A stretch of DNA of 49,105 nt, taken from Paraspadella gotoi. Taxonomy: Eukaryota > Animalia > Chaetognatha. The stretch spans positions 5,731,204 to 5,780,308 of the forward strand of contig CM119263.1 of NCBI GenBank assembly GCA_051294375.1, read 5' to 3'. Shown here piece after piece: positions 40,551-49,105 of this stretch (the first letter of the stretch is position 1; each line of letters starts with the position of its first letter). Made by a program: the position numbers and the translations under genes. The notes under the pieces are model-generated. The model was not told the origin of the DNA. It did no database searches and saw nothing but the letters and a program-made list of their open reading frames with translations.

Positions 40551-41776
40551 GGAGAGTAGAGAGAGAGATAGAGAGAGAGGGCTATGAAAAATTGGGTGAC
40601 ATAGAACCTGTTGCTTGATTTATAGTTCGCTTGATTTTCGCGAACTTGGGCCTTTTCCGTGACACAACGGGTTATCGGTTAGGAAAGGAGAGAGAAAAGA
40701 GGAGAGAGAGAGATGAGAGAGAGAGAGAGACGGCAGAGAGAGAGAGAGAGAGAGACGTTCAGCGTTGATGATTGAGGGTGACGCGCCGACCCTTCACGTT
40801 CCCATGGGAAACGGCGAATGAGGCCAGCCCTTACCCTCGGCAAGCCCAGAGGCCCGTGTGGCCTTTTTCCATCCGCGGCCCCAAAAGCAGGCATGGTCCT
40901 CACCGGAGTAAGCCTTTTTCCCCGCACTGCCCCAAGGCCCGGCCTCTCTCCCAGTGCGAGAAAATGGACAGGGAGTTTTAAAAGCGGCTCCAGGAAGGAT
41001 TTTCCCTTGACGGGAAACCGAGATTGAAAGGTTTTTTTTGCACGTTTGAAAGAAAAAGAAGTTTTTTTTGTTTACGAAGTTTAAACACAAAACTAATAAA
41101 TGAAAAGATGAAAAGAGGCAAAGAAACAATACCTGCAAAAAATTTTAAACCGGGCAGGAAAAAGAAAGAAAAGAAAGAAAGAAAGAAAGAAGAGGAAGAA
41201 AGAAAGAAAGAAGAAAGAAAGAAAGAAGGAAAGTAAAGATGGAGAAAGAAAAGAAAGAAATAAAAAGAAGACGCCTTCGCTTTTGCAAAGGAGATGCCAA
41301 CAGAATGCCCAGCTTAAGAACGAAGAGATGCACCCAGATTAAGGAGATGCAAGGAGAATGCAACTAACGCGATTTTTTTAAAGAAAAGCCGAAGACAAAA
41401 TTTTTTTTTTCGTTGGGGAAACAAAAATCCTTCGTCGGTAACGAATAGAGGCTTTTAACCGGGAGGAAGAGGGGGAGAGAGAGAGAGAGAGAAGAGAGGA
41501 GAAGGAGAGGAGAGAGAGAGAGAGGAGAGAGTAAGAGTAAGAGAGAGCAGAGAAGAGGGAGAGAAAGAGAGAGAGAGAGAGGAAGAGAGAGAGAGAGAGA
41601 GAGAAGAGAGAAGTAGAGAGAGAGATATTTGGAATTGATATTTAAAAAACGAAAGTTGGCTGAGACGAGAGAGAGAGAAGGAGGAAGAGAGAAGAAGAGA
41701 GAGAGAGAGAGAGGGAAGAGAGAGAGAGAGAGAGAGAAGGGAGAGAGAGAGAGAGAGAGAGAGAGGAGAGGAGAGA

Positions 41777-41812
<36 letters not shown>

Positions 41813-44277
41813 TTATATTGATATTTATTTTAAAAACGAAAGTGCGAGCTTTAGCTTGTTACTATAACTGCCCTAAAAAGCTTCCCTTTGATCTTATCAT
41901 TTGTAAGTAATTAAATCAGTTTTCCTTTGAGTTTTCATAAATGTCAACTGAAACACTTTGATACAGAATTCTAATTTTTCTAGTGGACAATAGGCATGGG
42001 CTCTTTCTAAAACTCACAAATTTAGGCAGACATTTTTGTTGGAAACCCTATCCACCCGCAACAATTAGTGATACTTTAGTAATAAACAGAGTTATTATTT
42101 TATTCGCAATGAAGAGTGAAAGAAAAAGGGGGCGATTCGAAAAATTTTCTATCATTTTAACCATTTAAATAAACAGGCGAATTTTTAAACTAATTTTAAA
42201 AATAACAATTTAATTTACGATTCACATTTTTTGCGTTCTTTCCGTTCCTTTATTCGTTCCTTACGTTCTTTTCTTAGTTTCTGTTCGATCATTCATTTGG
42301 GTTTCGTTCTATTGTTGCGTATCCTTCGTTCCCTTCATTCGCTTCTCTCCGACATCTTTTTCTGTGTTTGGGTGATTCCGACTTTTTGATTTCGTCGCTG
42401 ATGAAATGCGCTCCGTCAACAACAGAGGATGCGATGACGACGACCGACGACGACGGTGACGACGACGGACGGTCAACTCAGAACATCCTACGATGTCAAA
42501 TATGAACATTTTTTATTCTCTCGGCTGGCGAATGCAGTTTTTTGAAGATTGATTCCGCGAAAGTCCATTTTTGAGATTGATTGATTGATTGATCGGTTTA
42601 TTTATTCAATTGATTTTTATTTCAATTAATTTAATTCATTAATTTATTTCATGACAAATTCAAAATTTTTCTCCCTGTAAATCCACGCTCGCCAGTTCGT
42701 CCTAACACCCGCATTTCCCTTAGTTTCACCCTCGCTCCACCACACAACAGCCTCCACCTTACCTCCACAAAAAACTCCATAGCCTTCCCCATTCAAAACG
42801 ATTCCACATTCGCCCACGCCTAAATTCCTGTCTTTGGCGTCCATGCGAGATGAAGGTCTTCAGTCGTCGTCGTTTCGTCGATCGTTCGTCGTCGTTTTGG
42901 CCAATGGAGTCGAGAGCTTCATCATCAATTCACTAAATACCTTCTCTCTGCTTTCTTTTTGGGAAAATCGTTATGAAAGTCGTCGTTCGTTCGTCGTTGT
43001 CGTCCTTCAATCATCGTCGTCGTTCGTCGTCGTCGTCGTCTTTTCGTCATCGTTCCCTTTTTGCCGCCCTGAGTATGTCGCCCTAGGGGTTGTTGCCACT
43101 GTTGCCAGGTTGATTCAACTTCAACACTTTGGTTTGTTATTCACAAAATTTCCGTCTCTGTTTTGTTTTCAATTCTACAAATCATCATTGCATAATCATC
43201 ATCATGCATGCAAATCATCATCATCATCAATCATCATCAATACCATACTCATCAATCGTCGTCGTCGTCGTCCCGCGTCGTCCGTCGTCGTTCGCGTTTT
43301 TTTGCCCCTCCGACTTCCGGTTTCAACAGAAAATACCCCACATTTTTTTTTGCTTTTCTCGAAAATCGTTTTCTTTCTTATTTTCTCTTTTTTCTGAAGA
43401 AAGAAGTTTCAGATTCGCATTTCCGAGTCATTCCGAGTGCCTTTTGTCGTTTTCTTCGTTTTTGTCCCTTTGTCGGTGTTTTGTCAGAAACTCATTTCAT
43501 TTGTCAATTATTTTCTTTAGAAAATTGTCGTGAATCTACTTTCACAAATTCGAGTGACATAAAAAATGAAAGTTTGGATTTCGTCAAGATCACATCTGTA
43601 AGTCTCATCAGTTAGACCAAGAAATAAACTGAAATTGTTTCGGCTACTTAGACTCTAATTTTCCTTTGATTTTAAGCCTAAATTCTTTTCTCCGTCGTTT
43701 TTACTTTTTCTCTTGACCTCATTCACTCTCCCTTCCTCTCACCCCTCGTCCTCAGGTCCCCCCCTCGTCTTTCCCCCAGCGTCAAGAAAAGCGAGATTTT
43801 GGTTGGCGGTGACGCCAGCCAGAGTTTTTCATGGTGCTTCACACCGTGACCGTTTCCTCGCGAACGTCATTCATGGTGCGAAGAGCCGAGCTCGTGCGCA
43901 TCTCGCTCGGATGCGGTTTAAGAACCCATGGAAAACTCGGGGAACCGAATCCGGAAGGTCGGAACTTTTTTGTGATTTTTTTGGGACGGTACGGACGGAC
44001 GGATGGATGGAACAAAATGTTTGGAAAAATAAAAAGACAACTTAGAATGAAAATAAATAAAAAAATATTAATACAATAGATAAATCAATTTTTAATAAAT
44101 GGAATTGATAATTTATATAGTAAATAAATAAATAACAAAAATCAGTCAAGTCAAAAAGATCTATAGATAGAATAGATAGATAATAGATAGAATAGACTAG
44201 ATAGATAGATAGATAGATACGATAGATAGATGATAGAGTAGACTATAGAATAAAAAAAGCTCATTTGAAACTCACAC

Positions 44278-44358
44278 CTGCACATAATTTCATGGTAGTA
44301 GGACTCCGACGTAATTTTTCTGGGTTTTTTGTCCTTGACCTTCGGTAGATGATTTTGG
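44278..44358 (-). pseudogene. coe: Indel-disrupted duplicate of the 74-nt coe exon inside tandem repeat copy 2 (pseudo-exon or raw-read copy)
   Basis: ctgcacataatttcatggtagtaggactccgacgtaatttttctggg...gattttgg aligns to 48700-48773 but is 81 nt with several indels. The acceptor tttcag is kept; the donor reads gtgtgag. Confidence 0.85.
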
Positions 44359-45234
44359 CTGAAACGAAAAATGGAAGTAAATTTGGTGCGATTTGGCTTT
44401 TTAAAACGAAAAGAAGAAATAGTTTTTTTCTTAATTAACCAAACTTGTCAAAAACAATGTATTTAACTTTTAGAAAATCGTATTTCGAAATATCCCGGCG
44501 CCAAAGGCTTCCATTTTTGGTTTATTTAAATCTGAAAATCGCGAATCCTTCCACTCGAGAGAGTCCTCTAGAGGCTCCATGAAAATATGGGCGAGATCCT
44601 CGTAATGAGACGATTGAATGAGGGGAGAAACAGAAAAGACTCTTGGCTGCGAAAGCGATTTAACGGAAAATGCGCAATAGGAAAAACTAACGCTTTTGTC
44701 TTCATTAAAAGTCTCTCTCTCCTCTCTCGTCTCTTCTCTCGTCCGACAGTCGTCTCCTCTCTCGTCTCTCGTCTTCTCATCGTCTCTTTTTCTCTCTCTC
44801 TCTCCTCTCTCTCTTCTCGTCTCATCAGTCTCCTCCTCTCTCTCCTCTCCTCTCTTCTCGTCTCCGTCTCGTCCTACTCAGTCCCGCTTCGATCCGGCGC
44901 CATCAGGTCTGGCGGGCGGACTGGTTGGCGCCGCAATAGAATTGATTCTATTTATAGAAACGATTGGTTGTGATTGCTTGATTGATGTTTAGTGTTTAAT
45001 CTTCCACGAGCGACTTACTTTGTTACACGACAGCATGGTAACATAGTTTATAACGAGTATTACTACTTAATGATTTAACTACCGAATTGCAACCATAGCT
45101 ATGAAAACCACCAACACCATCTCGAGAGACAAAAAAAACAAATAAAAACAAAAGACATTAAAACTAAAATTACGAGGCTCGTCCCGGGAGAAAGGGGGCT
45201 GACCCAGAGAGAGAGAGAGAGAAGAGAAGATAGA

Positions 45235-45281
<47 letters not shown>

Positions 45282-45404
45282 TAGAGAGAGAGGGGCATAA
45301 GAAATTGGTGACATAGAACCTGTTGGCTTGATTTATATTCGGCTATGATTTTCGCGAACTTGGCTTTTCCGTGACACAACGGGTTATCGGTTGAAAGGAG
45401 AGAG

Positions 45405-45469
<65 letters not shown>

Positions 45470-45510
45470 AGACGTTCACTTGATGATGAGGTGACGCCCG
45501 ACCCTTCACG

Positions 45511-45522
45511 TTCCCATGGGAA
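45511..45522. promoter_or_regulatory. Perfect palindromic COE/EBF binding motif TTCCCATGGGAA (also 40799-40810; one G short at 34802)
   Basis: 12-bp palindrome matching the EBF consensus, inside a ~230-bp GC-rich non-repetitive island. Confidence 0.45.
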
Positions 45523-45879
45523 ACGGCGAATGAGGCCGCCCTTCCCTCGGCAAGCCCCAAGGCCGCGTGTGGCCTTTTTCCTCTTCGCGCCCCAAAAGCG
45601 GCATGGTCCTCACCGGAGTAGCCTTTTTCCCGCACGCCCCAAGCGGCTCTCTCCCGTGCCGAGAAAAGGACAGGGAGTTTTAACCTCCAGGAAGGAATTT
45701 TCTGACGGAACCGAGAATTGAAAGGTTTTTCACGTTGAAAGAAAAAGAAGTTTTTTTGTTACGAAGTTTAAACACAAAACTAATAAATGAAAGATGAAAA
45801 GAGGCAAGAAACAATACCTGCAAAAAATTTTAAACCGCAGGAAAAGAAAGAAAAGAAAGAAAGAAAGAAAGAAGAGAAA

Positions 45880-45912
<33 letters not shown>

Positions 45913-46231
45913 AGAAGAAAGTAAAGATGGAGAAAGAAAAGAAAGAAAAAAAAGAAGACCCTTCGCTTCAAAGGAGATGCCAACAGATGCCAGCTTAAGA
46001 CGAAGAGATGCCACCCTAGATTAGGAGATGCAAGGAGATGCAACTAACGCGGATTTTTTTAAAGAAAACCGAAACAAAATTTTTTTTTTCGTTGGGGAAC
46101 AAAATCCTTCGTCGGTAACGAATAGAGGCTTTTAACCGGGAGGAAGAGGGGGAGAGAGAGAGAGAGAGAAGAGAGGAGAAGGAGAGGAGAGAGAGAGAGA
46201 GGAGAGAGTAGAGAGAGAGAGAGAGAGAGGG

Positions 46232-46275
<44 letters not shown>

Positions 46276-46341
46276 AGAGAGAAGTAGAGAGAGAGATATT
46301 TGGAATTGATATTAAAAACGAAAGTGCGAAGAGAGAGGAGA

Positions 46342-46465
<124 letters not shown>

Positions 46466-47017
46466 ATTGATATTTATTTTAAAAAGCGAAAGTGCGAGCT
46501 TTAGGCTTGTACTTTAAACTGCCCTAAAAAGCTCCCTGATCTTATCATTTGTAAGTATTAACAGTTTTCTTGAGTTTTCATAAATGGTACTGAACAACTG
46601 AACAATTCTAATTTTCTAGTGGACAATAGGCATGGGCTCTTTCTAACTCACAATTTAGGCAGACATTTTTGTTGGAAACCCTATCCCACCCCAACAATTA
46701 GTGATACTTTAGTATAAACAGTATTATTCGCAATGAAAGTGAAGAAAAGGGGGCGATTCGAAAATTTCTATCTTTTAACCATTTAACAATTTAACAATTT
46801 AAAATAACATTTAATTTACGATTCACATTTTTTGCGTTCTTCCGTTCCTTTATTCGTTCTTACGTTCTTTTCTTAGTTCTGTTCGATCATTCATTGGTTC
46901 GTTCTATTGTTCGTTCCTTCGTTCCCTTCATTCGCTTCTCTCGCATCTTTTCTGTTTTGTGATTCGATTTTTGATTTCGTCGCTGATGACATGCGCTCCG
47001 TCACAACAAGGATGCGA

Positions 47018-47052
<35 letters not shown>

Positions 47053-47696
47053 TCAACTCAGACATCCACGATGTCAAAATATGACATTTTTATTCTCTCG
47101 CTGGCGAATGCAAGTTTTTGAAGATTGATTCGCGAAAGTCATTTTTGAGATTGATTGATTGATTGATCGGTTTATTTATTCAATTATTTATTCAATTATT
47201 TATTCAATTATTTATTTCATGACAAATTCAAATTTTTCTCCCTGTATCCACCTCCCAGTTCGTCCTACACCCGCTTCCTTAGTTCACCCTCGCTCCACCA
47301 CAACAGCTCCACCTTACCTCCACAAAAACTCCACCTTCCCCATCAAAACGATTCCACATTCCCCACCCTAAATTCCTTCTTTGCGTCCAGCGAGATGAGG
47401 TCTTCAGTCGTCGTCGTCGTCGTCGTCGTCGTTTGGCCAATGGAGCGAAGCTTCATCATCATCACTAACCTTCTCTCTGCTTCTTTTTGGGAAATCGTTA
47501 TGAAAGTCGTCGTCGTCGTCGTTGTCGTCCTCATCATCGTCGTCGTCGTCGTCGTCGTCTTTCGTCATCGTTCCTTTTCCCTGAGTTGTCGCCCTAGGGT
47601 GTTGCACTGTTGCAGGTTGATTCACTTCAACACTTTGGTTGTTATTCACAAAATTTCCGTCTCTGTTCTTGTTTTCATTCTACAAATCATCATCAT

Positions 47697-47762
<66 letters not shown>

Positions 47763-48583
47763 TCTCGTTTTTTCCCCTCCGACTTCCGGTTTCAACAGAA
47801 AAACCCACATTTTTTTTCTTTTTCTCAAAATCGTTTTCTTTCTTATTTTCTTTTTCTGAAGAAAGAAGTTCAGTTCCATTTCGAGTCATTCCGAGTCTTT
47901 GTCGTTTTCTCGTTTTGTCCTTTGTCGGTGTTTTGTCAGAAACTCATTTCATTTGTCATTATTTCTTTAGAAAATTGTCGTGAATCTACTTTCACAAATT
48001 CGAGTGACATAAAAAAAATGAAAGTTGGATTTCGTCAAGATCACATCTGTAAGTCTCATCAGTTAGACCAGAAAAACTGAAAATTGTTTCGCTACTTAGA
48101 CTCTAATTTTCTTTGATTTTAGCCTAAAATTCTTTTCTCCGTCGTTCTACTTTTCTCATGACGCATCATTCCCTCTCCCTTCCTCTCAACCCCCCTCGTC
48201 TCACGTCCCCCCCCTCGTCTTTCCCCCAGCGTCAAGAAAGCGAGATTTGGTTGGCGGTGACGCCAGCAGAGTTTTCATGGTGCTTCACCCCGTGACGTTT
48301 CCTCGCGAACGTCATTCATGGTGCGAGAGCCGTGGCGCATCTCCCTCGATGCGGTTTAAGACCCATGAAACTCGGGGAACCGAATCGGAGGTCGGAACTT
48401 TTTTGTGATTTTTTTGGACGGACGGACGGACGGATGGATGGAACAAAATGTTGGAAAATAAAAAGACAACTTAGAAATGAAATAAATAAAAATATTAATA
48501 CAATAGATTAAATCAATTAATAAATGAATTGATAATTATATAAGTAAATAAATAAATAACAAAATCAGTCAGTCAAAAGATCT

Positions 48584-48677
<94 letters not shown>
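48584..48677. repeat. (AGAT)n tetranucleotide microsatellite ~22 nt into the intron from the 74-nt exon donor; degenerate copy at 44163-44248
   Basis: Directly visible. Confidence 0.97.
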
Positions 48678-48679
<2 letters not shown>

Positions 48680-48699
48680 AAAAAGCTCATTGAACTCAC

Positions 48700-48773
48700 C
48701 TGCACATAATTTCATGGGTAAGTAGGACTCGACGCATTTCTGGGTTTTTGTCTTGACCTTCGTAGATGATTGG
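48700..48773 (-). CDS. coe: COE/collier/EBF transcription factor, internal coding exon (equivalent to vertebrate EBF exon 5)
   Basis: Minus strand: acceptor cctttttcgtttcag| then a 74-nt exon then donor |gtgagt. Translation [24 protein letters not shown] plus AG. The terminal AG and the first T of the 69-nt exon give Ser, restoring [14 protein letters not shown] in frame. Confidence 0.95.
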
Positions 48774-49105
48774 CTGAAACGAAAAAGGAAGTATTTGTAG
48801 GCGATTGGCTTTTAAACGAAAGAGAAATAGTTTTTTCTTAACCAAACTTGTCAAACAATGTATTTAACTTTTAAAATCGTTCGAAATATCCCGCCAAAAG
48901 GCTTCCATTTTTGGTTTATAAATCTGAAAATCGCGATCCTTCACCGAGAGAGTCTCTCTAGAGGCTCATGACATATGGGCGATCTCGTAATGAGACGATG
49001 ATGAGGGGAGAAACAGAAAGACTCTTGGCTGCGAAAGCGATTACGGAAATCCATAGGAAAAACTACCTTTTGTCTTCATTAAAGTCTCTCTCTCTCTCTC
49101 TCTCT

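Noticed and set aside
45013-45050. Minus-strand donor-like AAA|GTAAGT as the preceding coe exon
   Set aside because: The upstream sequence does not encode the expected RTEQDLYVRLIDSxTKQ-like peptide; that exon probably lies beyond the window end.
45473-45712. C/D-box snoRNA-like arrangement (gttc..TGATGA...CTGA..gaac)
   Set aside because: It lies antisense to the host gene, is long (~225 nt), has no guide complementarity I could identify, and the motifs are short enough to occur by chance.
47311-47325. Minus-strand donor-like GAG|GTAAGG (also ~38191 and ~42757)
   Set aside because: There is no convincing upstream acceptor or COE-like peptide, and the flanking exons already join contiguously.

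Overview
Animal (metazoan) genomic DNA from a low-quality draft assembly: very rich in microsatellites ((AG)n, (ACG)n, (GGC)n, (AGAT)n, (AAAG)n), with many N-gaps and stretches that look like unpolished long-read sequence. Nearly all ORFs in the supplied track are low-complexity or gap artefacts, and none captures the real gene. Reading splice signals on the minus strand reveals two short coding exons of a COE-family (collier/Olf/EBF) transcription factor: 48773-48700 (74 nt, [24 protein letters not shown]) and 29564-29496 (69 nt, [22 protein letters not shown]). They join in phase (AG+T = Ser) and rebuild the H-X3-C-X2-C-X5-C zinc knuckle. The whole window lies inside this gene. Bases 1-29495 belong to the long intron after the 69-nt exon, and the next exon is not visible. 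Points of interest: a candidate recursive splice site (CAG|GTAAGT after a ~118-nt AG-free pyrimidine-rich zone) at ~12096; three independent perfect COE-binding palindromes (TCCCNNGGGA) in the gene's own introns, suggesting autoregulation; a compound nuclear-receptor DR5/DR1/E-box element at 11641; and an apparent Cys-to-Arg change in the conserved EMCRVLL motif. A three-copy ~4.7-6 kb tandem repeat duplicates the 74-nt exon, and a fold-back inversion has ~1.1-1.4 kb arms; both are more likely assembly artefacts than biology. The taxon cannot be fixed from sequence alone; a cephalopod or other lophotrochozoan is only a guess.
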